Below are positions 22,427 through 31,001 of a stretch of DNA of 41,253 nucleotides, piece after piece (position 1 is the stretch's first letter; every line of letters starts with the position of its first letter). The stretch comes from Chloroflexota bacterium (GTDB lineage: Bacteria; Chloroflexota; Limnocylindria; Limnocylindrales; Limnocylindraceae). The translations under genes and the position numbers were made by a program. Under the pieces are notes generated by a model that worked only from the letters and a program-made list of their open reading frames with translations, was not told the DNA's origin and searched no databases. The stretch is from assembly GCA_041180765.1 (NCBI GenBank), contig JBEGQU010000023.1:1-41253 (forward strand), written 5' to 3'.

Positions 22427-23412
22427 CTGCCCCTCCCCGCCCCGCCGTTCGCTCGGCGAATGAGCACCCGGACACAGAGGCTGAGCACGAAGGTCACAGC
22501 GAAGAGGGCGAGCCCCAGCCCGGCGAGGGCACCACGCTCGACGGCTAGGTCGGCTTCGCCAATGTTGCCCGCAATCTTCGCGGCGACGGAGCTCCCCGAC
22601 TGGAAGAGGCTCGAGGGGACCGCCGAATCGGCCATGCCGATCACGAGGCGGACGGCGATCGTCTCGCCGATCGCCCGCCCGAATGCCAGCAGCACGGCCC
22701 CGATCAGTCCGATCCGAGCGGTCGGCAGGACGACGGCGCGGATCGTCTCCCACTCTGTGGCCCCCATGCCGATATAGCCCTCGCGCAGGGACTGCGGCAC
22801 CGATCGGATCACCTCGCGACCCACCGCGACGACCATCGGCGTGATCATGATCGCGAGAACGATTCCGGCACGAAAGACCGTGGTTGACGACGGTGCCTCG
22901 GGATTCTCTGAGAGCCAGGGGATCACGTGGCCGAGGGTGCTTGCGATCCACCACTCGACTGAGTCGCGGAGGCGCGGGGAGAGGTCGCCGAGCGCCCAGA
23001 GACCGATGACGACCGACGGGATCGCCGCGACGATCTCGACGAGGAAGGTGAGGGGGGCCGCAAGCCGGCGGGGTGCGAACTCCACGAGGTAGACCGCGGC
23101 GAGGATCCCGACGGGAGCGGCGACGAGGATGCCGATGAGCGAGGTGACGAGCGTCCCCCAGATCATCGGCCAGGCGCCGTACTGAACCTTGGTCACACCG
23201 GCCTCGTCGACCGACACGCCGTTCCAGCCGCTGCCGAAGAGGAAATCAAGCGGCTTGACGGCGCCCCAGAGCGGGGTTGAGAAGTTCGCGATGGTGTAGA
23301 TAACGGCGACAAGGAGCAGAGCTGCGGCGGCGACCGCCGCGGCGAGCGCCCAGCGGAAGAATCCGTCGGCCGTGATTCGGCTGCGTACCCGGAGGCGGGT
23401 GCTCAGTGCCAC
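22423..23412 (-). CDS. pstC: Phosphate ABC transporter permease PstC
   Basis: ..REGYIGMGATEWETI.., ..GRAIGETIAV... The GTG start is preceded by GAGGGGAGAG. Confidence 0.9.
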   Translation of the reverse strand: MALSTRLRVRSRITADGFFRWALAAAVAAAALLLVAVIYTIANFSTPLWGAVKPLDFLFGSGWNGVSVDEAGVTKVQYGAWPMIWGTLVTSLIGILVAAPVGILAAVYLVEFAPRRLAAPLTFLVEIVAAIPSVVIGLWALGDLSPRLRDSVEWWIASTLGHVIPWLSENPEAPSSTTVFRAGIVLAIMITPMVVAVGREVIRSVPQSLREGYIGMGATEWETIRAVVLPTARIGLIGAVLLAFGRAIGETIAVRLVIGMADSAVPSSLFQSGSSVAAKIAGNIGEADLAVERGALAGLGLALFAVTFVLSLCVRVLIRRANGGAGRGR

Positions 23413-23463
23413 GTCTCTCCCCTCTCAGCGCCCTGTGCTGCGTGCAGTGTAGTCAACGAGCGA

Positions 23464-23500
23464 ATCGGCGGGGTGCCCTGACCCAGGGCACCCCGCCGAT
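23464..23500 (-). terminator. Strong intercistronic hairpin between pstS and pstC (partial terminator or mRNA stabiliser)
   Basis: ATCGGCGGGGTGCCCTG-ACC-CAGGGCACCCCGCCGAT, a perfect 17-bp stem with a 3-nt loop, 27 nt after the pstS stop. There is no clear U-tract. Confidence 0.5.
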
Positions 23501-23526
23501 CGGTCTGTGCGTGCGCGAAGCCGGAT

Positions 23527-24861
23527 CTACGGCCAGACCTTCGCGTTGTCGTACTTCACCAGCTTCAGCTCCGTGAGCACGCGAGCCTTGACGCTGCTCG
23601 GGAGCGGTGCGAAGCACGGCACGCCCGAAGCCGTGTACACCGCCCCGCTGGTCAGCGACCAGTGGAGGAAGTAGACGAGGCCCTTCACCTGCCCGAGCGT
23701 GGGCGCGTTCGTTACCGTCGACTCGTAGTTCTTGTACACGAGCAACCACGAGAACCCGACGATCGGGTACGTGTAGAGGCCCGACTGCAGGACCGGCTGG
23801 AAGAAGGTGAGTGCCGGGTTCACCGGGTCATTCTCTGCCTTCGCCGCAGCCGTCTTGGCCGCCGCAAGGGTTCGAGCCTGGCGCTCGACGGCGTTCGTCG
23901 CACCCGACTGCGTCGGGGCGAGGTAGGCCGGCTTCCCCTTGTTCGCACCGGAGGTGTACTTCGTTGCCGTCGCGATCTTCGCCGTCTTCACGTCTGCCGC
24001 AAAGCTATAGGCCATCTCGACGTAGCCGATCGTGCCATCGGTCGCGGAGACATAGTTCCTGATGCCGTCATTGCCGGTCTTCGACTGAATCGCCGCTGCA
24101 CCCTTTGCGGTTCGCATCGCGCTGAAACGCGTCGCCATGATCGCATCGGCCGGCTTGATCGTGCCGGAGTGCGCAGTGAACGTCGTGTCCGCGTTGTCCC
24201 AGCCGCTGTGGTAGCTGCAGTTGCGCTGTGCGCTCGAGGCGCCCTTCGCCAGGTAGCTGGCAAAGATGAACGTCGTGCCCGAGGTCGCGTCGCGTGCGAC
24301 CGGGACGATCGTCGTGCTGACGCTCGAGAGGCCTGGGTTGAGCGCGACGATCTTCGCGTCGTTCCAGGCCGTGATATCGCCGGCATAGATGCCGCAGATG
24401 ATCTCGGCGTTGAGGAGAATCTGCTTGCTGTAGCCCGAGACGTGCGTGATCACCGCGACCGGTGCAGCCGTCATCGGCACGACGATGTAGCCGCCCGGGA
24501 TCGCGGCGGCGGAGGTCCGCTGCGCCGCATCGAGGAGGCTGTCGCTGCCCGAGAACATCCAGGTGCCGCGGGCGTTGGCGCCGTAGAAGTTGGCCTTCCC
24601 CGTTCCGGAGCTCGACTTGGTGTAGGTGAGCACGAGCTTCGTGCTCGAATCGCTACCGAAGTTCGCCGACTTGGCGGCGGTGATGTCGGTGATCCACTTC
24701 TGATACTGGTCGTTCGGGAACGAGGCGCCGCCGCCGGCGATCGCGCCCTTCGATCCCGAGGGGATCGTCGGCGACGCCGCTGCGCTCGCACCGCCCGCGA
24801 GGCCGCCCGCGAGCACGAGACCCGCGAGGGCTCCTGTAAGGATCCTCATGAACTTGTTCAC
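23527..24861 (-). CDS. pstS: Phosphate-binding protein PstS (long form, about 444 aa)
   Basis: Signal peptide, then ..GGGASFPNDQYQKWI.., ..ATSGTT... Start set at GTG 24861, 5 nt after GGAGGAGG. Confidence 0.85.
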   Translation of the reverse strand: MNKFMRILTGALAGLVLAGGLAGGASAAASPTIPSGSKGAIAGGGASFPNDQYQKWITDITAAKSANFGSDSSTKLVLTYTKSSSGTGKANFYGANARGTWMFSGSDSLLDAAQRTSAAAIPGGYIVVPMTAAPVAVITHVSGYSKQILLNAEIICGIYAGDITAWNDAKIVALNPGLSSVSTTIVPVARDATSGTTFIFASYLAKGASSAQRNCSYHSGWDNADTTFTAHSGTIKPADAIMATRFSAMRTAKGAAAIQSKTGNDGIRNYVSATDGTIGYVEMAYSFAADVKTAKIATATKYTSGANKGKPAYLAPTQSGATNAVERQARTLAAAKTAAAKAENDPVNPALTFFQPVLQSGLYTYPIVGFSWLLVYKNYESTVTNAPTLGQVKGLVYFLHWSLTSGAVYTASGVPCFAPLPSSVKARVLTELKLVKYDNAKVWP

Positions 24862-24922
24862 GTGTTCCTCCTCCGTCGCGGTGCGCGGCCGCATCACTCT
24901 TGCGCACCCCTACCCTCTCGCC

Positions 24923-24966
24923 CGAAGGTTTCTGGGGGGTCAACCCCGTGTTATCGCCAGGTAAAC
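24923..24966 (-). promoter_or_regulatory. Four 11-nt-phased direct repeats resembling actinobacterial PHO boxes upstream of pstS
   Basis: The complement reads GTTTACCTGGC GATAACACGGG GTTGACCCCCC AGAAACCTTCG. Units 1 and 3 match 6 of 7 positions of the GTTCACC core; units 2 and 4 are weaker. The array ends 61 nt upstream of the pstS GTG. Confidence 0.4.
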
Positions 24967-24992
24967 GGCCTCGGCCAGGGGGGCAAATCGGC

Positions 24993-24998
24993 TACGAT
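24993..24998 (+). promoter_or_regulatory. -10-like TACGAT placed for a leaderless tdk transcript
   Basis: TACGAT is followed by 7 nt and then ATG 25006. There is no Shine-Dalgarno sequence upstream of tdk. Confidence 0.3.
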
Positions 24999-25005
24999 CG
25001 CGCGC

Positions 25006-25590
25006 ATGGCCGCCCAGCGTCGCCCCTGGCTCCACGTCATCGCCGGCTGCATGAGCAGCGGCAAGACCGCCGAGGTCGTGCGGCTGCTCACCCGCCGCCA
25101 GATCGCCGGGCAGAGCGTCCTCCTGATCACCCCCGCCCGCGACACCCGCATCGCGCCGGGCGAGGTGGTGAGCCGCACCGGGACCCGCTTCCCGAGCGTC
25201 GTGGCGGCCGACGTCGCCGCCGTGCTCGCCGAGGTGGCCCGCCACGACCCGGACGCGGTGGCGATCGAGGAGGCGCAGTTCTTCGGACCCGACCTCCCTG
25301 CGGCGATCGAGGCGATGGTCGCGGCACCGCGCACGGTGATCGTCAGCGGGCTCGACCAGGACTTCGCCGGGCGCCCCTTCGCCACGATCCCCGAGCTCCT
25401 CGCACGCGCCGACGAGGTGACGAAGCTGTCGGCGATCTGCGTCGTCTGCGGCAGCGAGGCGACGCGAACGCAGCGGCTGCGCAACGGCGTGCCGGCGCGC
25501 GCCGACGACGAGCTCATCGTGATCGGCGGCATGGCGGGAGACGAGACCTACGAGGCGCGCTGCCGCGCCTGCCACGTCGTCCCCGCCTGA
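25006..25590 (+). CDS. tdk: Thymidine kinase
   Basis: ..VIAGCMSSGKT.., ..AIEEAQFF.., ..SGLDQDFAGRPF.., and a zinc ribbon C..C....C..C (ICVVCGSEA...CRAC). Confidence 0.9.
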   Translation: MAAQRRPWLHVIAGCMSSGKTAEVVRLLTRRQIAGQSVLLITPARDTRIAPGEVVSRTGTRFPSVVAADVAAVLAEVARHDPDAVAIEEAQFFGPDLPAAIEAMVAAPRTVIVSGLDQDFAGRPFATIPELLARADEVTKLSAICVVCGSEATRTQRLRNGVPARADDELIVIGGMAGDETYEARCRACHVVPA

Positions 25591-25600
25591 CACGACGACC

Positions 25601-26896
25601 GTGGGCGGTACCCTTCCCGGGTCGCGCCTCGCCGCTGCGGCCGCCGCAGCCGCCGCGCAATACGGGACACCGCTCTACCTGCGCGACGAGGCGCTGCTCG
25701 ACGCCGCCGCGGCGGCGCTCGAAGTGGCCTTCCCCGATCCGTGGCTCCGTGCCTACTCGCTGAAGGCCGACCCGGCGCCCGGGCTCGTGGCCCGGCTCGC
25801 CGCCCGGGGCTGGGCGGCCAACGGCGTCTCGAACGGCGAGCTCGCTGCAGCACGGAAGGCGGGCCTCCCCAACGACCGCATCACGCTCGAGGGGATCGGC
25901 AAGGGGGCGGAGGAGCTGGACGGGGCGATCCGGGCCTCCCTCGACGGTGAGCCGCTGCGCTGGATCTCGCTCGAATCGCTCGACGAGGCGCGCGACCTTG
26001 CCGCGCGCGCCGCGGTGGCCGGCCTCGACGAACAGCGACCGCTTCGGCTGCTCGTGCGCGTCAATCCCGCGATCGAACCCGGTACCCACCGCGGCCTCGC
26101 CGTCGGCCGTGCCGGCTCGAAGTTCGGCGCGGGCCCCGACGAGCTCGTCGAGATCGCGCGCCTCGTCGCTGGTGCGCCCGGCCTCGAGCTGATCGGCGTC
26201 CACCTCCATGCCGGGTCGCAGCTGCGCGACCTCAGCGCCTGGGGGGCGGCGGTCGGTCGCGCGCTGGCCGCCTACGGCGACCTCGCCTCGTCGGGCCTGC
26301 TCCACGCCCGCGCGGCGAGCATCGGCACCCTCTGCGTCGGCGGCGGCATGCCCGTGGGGCTCGAGGGCGCCGACGACCCGGTCGCGCAGGCGGCGTCGTT
26401 CCGCAGCGCCGCCGATGCCGCGATCGACGCGGCGCGGCGCGGCGGCAGCGCCCTCCCGTCACGCCTGGCGATCGAACCCGGGCGCGCCCTTGTCGCCGCG
26501 CCGACGATCCTCGTCGCCCGCGTGCTGCACGTCCGGGATCGTGCCGAGCAGGCGGAAGACGGCACCATGTGCGCGCGACAGGTGGTGCTCGACGCGGGGA
26601 TGACCGACCTGATCCGCCCCGCACTCTACGGCGCGCGCCACCCTGTCGTCGCCCTCGAGCGGCAGGGCGCCGCGGTGCCGACGGCGGTCCATGGTCCGAT
26701 CTGCGAGTCGACCGACAGCTTCGGCGCACACGAGCTCCCGGAGATGATCGCGCGCGGCGACCTCGTCGCGATCCTCGGTGCGGGCGCCTATGGCGACGCG
26801 ATGTGGAGCCCGTACAACAGCCGCCCGCGCGCGGCGCGCGTCAGCCTCGACGGCGATGGGTCGCTGCGGCTCGAGCGGCCGCGCGGCGCGGCCTGA
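25601..26896 (+). CDS. lysA: PLP-dependent Orn/DAP/Arg decarboxylase family 2, probably diaminopimelate decarboxylase
   Basis: ..YGTPLYL.., ..YSLKAD.. (PLP lysine context), ..VGGGMPVG.., ..IEPGRALVA.., ..GPICESTDSF.., ..GAGAYG... GTG start. Confidence 0.7.
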   Translation: MGGTLPGSRLAAAAAAAAAQYGTPLYLRDEALLDAAAAALEVAFPDPWLRAYSLKADPAPGLVARLAARGWAANGVSNGELAAARKAGLPNDRITLEGIGKGAEELDGAIRASLDGEPLRWISLESLDEARDLAARAAVAGLDEQRPLRLLVRVNPAIEPGTHRGLAVGRAGSKFGAGPDELVEIARLVAGAPGLELIGVHLHAGSQLRDLSAWGAAVGRALAAYGDLASSGLLHARAASIGTLCVGGGMPVGLEGADDPVAQAASFRSAADAAIDAARRGGSALPSRLAIEPGRALVAAPTILVARVLHVRDRAEQAEDGTMCARQVVLDAGMTDLIRPALYGARHPVVALERQGAAVPTAVHGPICESTDSFGAHELPEMIARGDLVAILGAGAYGDAMWSPYNSRPRAARVSLDGDGSLRLERPRGAA

Positions 26897-27812
26897 TCGC
26901 CTCCCACTCCGCCACCACCACGGCGCCGAGGATCAGCACGCCACCGACCATCTGGATCGGCGTGAGGCGCTCGCCGAAGAGCAGGCTCGCCGCGACGAAC
27001 GTGTAGACGGGCTCGACGGTGCTCACGAGCGCGGCGCGCGCCGCGCCGAGCCGCTGCGCCCCGGCGTAGAAGGCGGCGATCGGCATGATCCCCGAGAAGG
27101 TCGCCACGCCGATCACCGGCAGCAGGGCTGCGTCCGGGATCGGCAGCGGCAGCGGCGCGCGTCCGAGGAGGAGCCGCAGGAGCAGGAAGCCGAGCGCGGT
27201 CCCCGCGAGCCCGAGCGAGACGGCGGCAAGGGGGGAGACGCCGCCGGCGCCGCCGACACCCTCCCTGGACTCCCCGCCGAGCCGGGCGGCGAGGATGATG
27301 TAGCAGCTGTAGATGATCGGCGAGGCGATCCCGAGGACGAGCCCGATCGCCGCCGGTTCCTCGCCGGCCGAGATGCCGCCGACGCCGAGCGCCACGCCGA
27401 GGCTCGCCGTGCCGAGCGCCACCCAGGGGCGCCATCCCGACGGCGCATGGGCGAAGAAGATCGAGAGCACGGCGACGATCGCGGGGAAGGCGTAGGTCAT
27501 CAGCCCGGCGAGCGAGGCGTCGATCCAGGTGAGGCTGCCGAAGTAGGTCGCCGCGTTGGCGGTGAAGAGCAGCCCCACGGCGAAGGAGCGCGCCGCCCGC
27601 TCGCGGCTCAACCCGCGCAGCGCCCGCCGCCCGGCGGGAAGCGCGGCGACGGCGGCGCCGAAGAGGAGCGCGGCGAGCAGGTGCCGCCAGACGAGCAGGT
27701 CGAGCCAGTCGAAACCGGTCGGGTAGATCGCCTTGGCGAAGAGCGGGCCGGATCCGTAGCCGATTGCCGACACGACGACGAGCAGGATCCCCGAGAGCCG
27801 CGCGCGCTGCAT
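26841..27812 (-). CDS. EamA/DMT-family transporter
   Basis: About 10 TM helices in EamA repeat architecture. Start set at ATG 27812 (MQRARLSGILLVV..). Its 3' end overlaps the lysA-like 3' end by 56 nt. Confidence 0.75.
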   Translation of the reverse strand: MQRARLSGILLVVVSAIGYGSGPLFAKAIYPTGFDWLDLLVWRHLLAALLFGAAVAALPAGRRALRGLSRERAARSFAVGLLFTANAATYFGSLTWIDASLAGLMTYAFPAIVAVLSIFFAHAPSGWRPWVALGTASLGVALGVGGISAGEEPAAIGLVLGIASPIIYSCYIILAARLGGESREGVGGAGGVSPLAAVSLGLAGTALGFLLLRLLLGRAPLPLPIPDAALLPVIGVATFSGIMPIAAFYAGAQRLGAARAALVSTVEPVYTFVAASLLFGERLTPIQMVGGVLILGAVVVAEWEAIRPRRAAARAAATHRRRG

Positions 27813-27818
27813 CCGACG

Positions 27819-27859
27819 AGGATACGCGAGCGGCACGCTCCGCCCGCAACCCCTAGGCT
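27819..27859. promoter_or_regulatory. Back-to-back -10-like boxes positioned for two divergent leaderless transcripts
   Basis: Complement TATCCT (27824-27819), then 6 nt, then ATG 27812. Plus-strand TAGGCT (27854-27859), then 6 nt, then ATG 27866. No Shine-Dalgarno sequence on either side. Confidence 0.3.
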
Positions 27860-27865
27860 TTGCCG

Positions 27866-28717
27866 ATGCCGATCGACGCACTGCTCCTCCTCGCCGCCTC
27901 CGCGGGCGTCCATGCCGCCTGGAATATCCGCCTCAAGGGGTCGCACGATCCGGAGACCGCGGCGATGATCGCCGTGATCACCCCGGGGATCTTCGCCGGG
28001 GTCGCGATCCTCGCCGCCGCGGCCGTCGGCGCCATCGAGCTCCCGGCCCCCTACCTGCTGCTGAGCGCCTTCGCCGGCGTCGCGGAGCTGCTCTACTTCG
28101 TCACCCTGGCGAAGGCCTATGCCCGCGCCCCGATCTCCGTCGTCTACCCGATCGTCCGCGGCCTCAACCCGCTCCTCGCCGTCCTCGTCGGCGTGGGGCT
28201 GCTCCGCGAGACGCTCCTGGGCGCGCAGCCCTACGGCATCGCCCTGATCGTGGCCGGGCTCATCGCCCTGCGACCCCCGTGGCGGGCGCTCGGCGGCGGC
28301 ATCGACCCGCGCGGCGTCGCCGTCGCCGTCGCCGCAGGCGCCCTCTCGGCGGTCGGCTCGGCGATCGAGAGCGTCGGGGTACGCGGGGGGGGGGCGGTCA
28401 CCATGCTCTGCCTCACCTGGGGGGTCACCGGGCTCCTCTACCTGGCACTCGCCCGGCGGCGGGCCACCTCGCCGCGACCGACGCCGGCGCGCGCGCTCAC
28501 GGGGGTACTGATCATCGGCGGCCACTTCCTGGTGATGGCCGCCTTCGCGGTCGCGCCGCTCTCGCTGGTCATCCCGTTCCGCGAATCGGCGATCCTGCTG
28601 GTGAGCGGCTGGGGCCTGCTGCGCGCCCGCGAGGCGGTGCGCCCGATCGACCTCGCCCTGCGCGCCGGCGGCGCCCTCGCCATCGTCGGCGGGGCGTTGC
28701 TCATCGCCCTCGGCTAG
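27866..28717 (+). CDS. DMT-superfamily (EamA-like) membrane transporter
   Basis: Polytopic hydrophobic protein (..VVYPIVRGLNPLLAVLVGVGLLRE..). I prefer ATG 27866 to the track's TTG at 27860. Confidence 0.65.
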   Translation: MPIDALLLLAASAGVHAAWNIRLKGSHDPETAAMIAVITPGIFAGVAILAAAAVGAIELPAPYLLLSAFAGVAELLYFVTLAKAYARAPISVVYPIVRGLNPLLAVLVGVGLLRETLLGAQPYGIALIVAGLIALRPPWRALGGGIDPRGVAVAVAAGALSAVGSAIESVGVRGGGAVTMLCLTWGVTGLLYLALARRRATSPRPTPARALTGVLIIGGHFLVMAAFAVAPLSLVIPFRESAILLVSGWGLLRAREAVRPIDLALRAGGALAIVGGALLIALG

Positions 28718-28726
28718 CATCTCGGC

Positions 28727-29689
28727 ATGGCGAACGCGAAGCCCCGACTCACCGCCGCTTCGCCGATCGCGATCGCCCTGGCGATGCTCGCGATCTACAT
28801 CGTGTGGGGCACGACCTACCTTGCGATCCGCGTCGTCGTCGAACCGGGGAGCGGCAGCGCCATCCCGCCGTTCGCGATGGTCGCCATCCGGTTCGCCGCC
28901 GCGGGCCTCGCGATGCTGGCGCTCGTCGCGGTGGTCGCCCGCCCGGCGCTCCGCTCGCTGACCCGCGCCCAGGTCCGCGACCAGGCGATCGTCGGCATCG
29001 CCCTCAACGTGGGTGGCCTCGGCGTCACCTCGTTCGGCGAGCAGACGATCCCCTCGGGGATCACGGCACTCCTCATCGCCCTGCTGCCGATCTGGGTGGC
29101 GGTGATCGGCCGCGTCGTCTACGGCGACCGGATCGCGCCGCTCACGCTCCTCGGCATCGGCGTCGGCATCCTGGGCGTCGTGATCCTGGTGCGACCCGAT
29201 GCGCAGGGGCAGGCGCTCGATCCGCTCGGGCTGCTCTGCATCCTCTTCAGCCCGCTGAGCTGGGGCGGTGGTTCCATCTGGAGCCAGCGCCGGGCGGCGA
29301 CGCCCGCCGACCCCCGCGTCGCCGTGGCGATCCAGATGCTCGCCGGGGCGATCGGCGGCGCACTGGTCGCCACGATCCTCGGCGAGTGGGGGAGCTTCCG
29401 CGTGGAGGCGCTCGACGGCGACGTCCTCCTCGCCCTCGCCTACCTCGTCACCATCGGCAGCCTCTTCGCCTACAACGTCTACACCTGGCTCCTGCGCGTC
29501 GCCCCCTTTGGCCTCGTCTCGACGTACGCCTACGTCAACCCCGTCGTCGCGGTGTTCGCCGGAAGCCTGATCCTCGCCGAGCCGCTCTCGCCGCAGCTGC
29601 TGCTCGGCGGCGGCGTGGTGGTCGCCGGCGTCGCGATCATGGTCACGGCGCGCAACCGCGCCGCCGCGCGCGGGGCCACCGCGCACTGA
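28727..29689 (+). CDS. EamA/DMT-family transporter (YedA-like)
   Basis: ..IVWGTTYLAIR.., about 10 TM helices, two EamA repeats. Confidence 0.8.
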   Translation: MANAKPRLTAASPIAIALAMLAIYIVWGTTYLAIRVVVEPGSGSAIPPFAMVAIRFAAAGLAMLALVAVVARPALRSLTRAQVRDQAIVGIALNVGGLGVTSFGEQTIPSGITALLIALLPIWVAVIGRVVYGDRIAPLTLLGIGVGILGVVILVRPDAQGQALDPLGLLCILFSPLSWGGGSIWSQRRAATPADPRVAVAIQMLAGAIGGALVATILGEWGSFRVEALDGDVLLALAYLVTIGSLFAYNVYTWLLRVAPFGLVSTYAYVNPVVAVFAGSLILAEPLSPQLLLGGGVVVAGVAIMVTARNRAAARGATAH

Positions 29690-29690
29690 G

Positions 29691-31001
29691 ATGACCGGGG
29701 CGGGGTCGCCGCTGCGCGTCTCCCGGGCGGCAGCCCGTCGCTTCCTCGCGGAGCGGCACCTGCTCCTGCCGCCGCGCCAGCTCCCTGCGAGCAGGGGCTC
29801 GGTGCTGGCCCTCGTGGAGCGACTCGGCTCGCTGCAGTTCGACCCGGTCGACCTCGCGGGGCGGAGCCACGAGATCGTCTGCCATGCGCGCATCGACGGG
29901 TTCGAGCCGCGCTGGGTCGATGAGCTGCTCTACGCCAGGGTCCCCGCGCATCGCGCGCTGGTCGAGCTCCACAGCGGCGTGCTGTCGATGGTGCCGACGA
30001 GCGAGCTGCCCTTCTACCGCCGCGCAGCAGATCGGCGGCGCGAGCGCTACTGGCGGGACGGCACCTACCGGCGCCTCAGGCCCTGGGCCGACACGATCAT
30101 GGAGCGCATCGCCGCCGAGGGGGCACTGAGCGCGGCGGACTTCGGCCCATCCAAGTCCGTCGCATGGCACTGGGGGGCGACCCCCGCCTACCGCGCGGCG
30201 CTCGAGATGCTCGCCGACGCGGGACTCCTCTTCCTCGCGCGGCGCGACGGCTCGCGTCGCTGGTTCGACCTGGCCGAGCGGCTGATCCCGCGCAACGTGC
30301 TGGAGCGTCGCGTCGCCGAGGAGGAGCAGGTGGAGCACCTCTTCCTCGCCGGGCACCGCGACCTCGGGCTGGTGTCGGCGGGCGGGGTGCCGGTCGCCGG
30401 CGACTGGCCACTCACCCGGCGCCAGCTCGTCGAGCGCCTCGTCGCCCGTGGTGCCCTCGCCGAGGTGGAGATCGACGGGCTCCCCGGGACATGGCGCCTC
30501 CCGGGCGGCGAGCGCTTCGCCCTCGAGGCCGCCGCCCGCGCCACCGCCGGCACCCGGCCGATCGCCGCCGACCCCGGGGCCGTCACCCTCCTCTCGCCGC
30601 TCGATCCGCTGATCCACGACCGCCGGCGCCTCGAGGCGCTCTACGGGTTCCACTACCGCTGGGAGATCTACACCCCCGAGCGCAGGCGCCGCTACGGTCC
30701 CTACGCCCTGCCGATCCACGCGGGAGATCGCCTCGTCGGCAGGATCCAGCTGCGCCGCGAACCGCACGGCGACGGCACGCGGCTCGCCATCGACGGGCTC
30801 TGGTGGGAGCCGCGCGTGCGGCCCGGCAACCACCTGCGGGGGCTCGCCGCGGCGATCCGCAGCCACCAGGGCCTCCTCGGCGCCGCGGCGGGGCGCATGC
30901 CGCGCGAGATCGCCGAACGATCAGACGGGCGGCGGCTCTTCGCCCACCTGCGTCGGCTCGACCGGGAGGCTCCCGCGCCGACGGCGCCCGACGCGGGCTA
31001 G
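29691..31001 (+). CDS. YcaQ/AlkZ-family winged-helix protein (DNA interstrand-crosslink glycosylase family)
   Basis: The N-terminus ..ARRFLAERHLL.. / ..LGSLQFDPV.. and an overall length of about 436 aa fit the DUF1006/YcaQ family as I remember it. Confidence 0.65.
   Translation: MTGAGSPLRVSRAAARRFLAERHLLLPPRQLPASRGSVLALVERLGSLQFDPVDLAGRSHEIVCHARIDGFEPRWVDELLYARVPAHRALVELHSGVLSMVPTSELPFYRRAADRRRERYWRDGTYRRLRPWADTIMERIAAEGALSAADFGPSKSVAWHWGATPAYRAALEMLADAGLLFLARRDGSRRWFDLAERLIPRNVLERRVAEEEQVEHLFLAGHRDLGLVSAGGVPVAGDWPLTRRQLVERLVARGALAEVEIDGLPGTWRLPGGERFALEAAARATAGTRPIAADPGAVTLLSPLDPLIHDRRRLEALYGFHYRWEIYTPERRRRYGPYALPIHAGDRLVGRIQLRREPHGDGTRLAIDGLWWEPRVRPGNHLRGLAAAIRSHQGLLGAAAGRMPREIAERSDGRRLFAHLRRLDREAPAPTAPDAG

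Noticed and set aside
30998-31001. Palindromic CTAG serving as the stop codon for both the YcaQ-family gene (+) and livF (-)
   Set aside because: It is real in the sequence, but it is a trivial consequence of TAG being half of the CTAG palindrome. It has no functional implication beyond the absence of an intergenic terminator.
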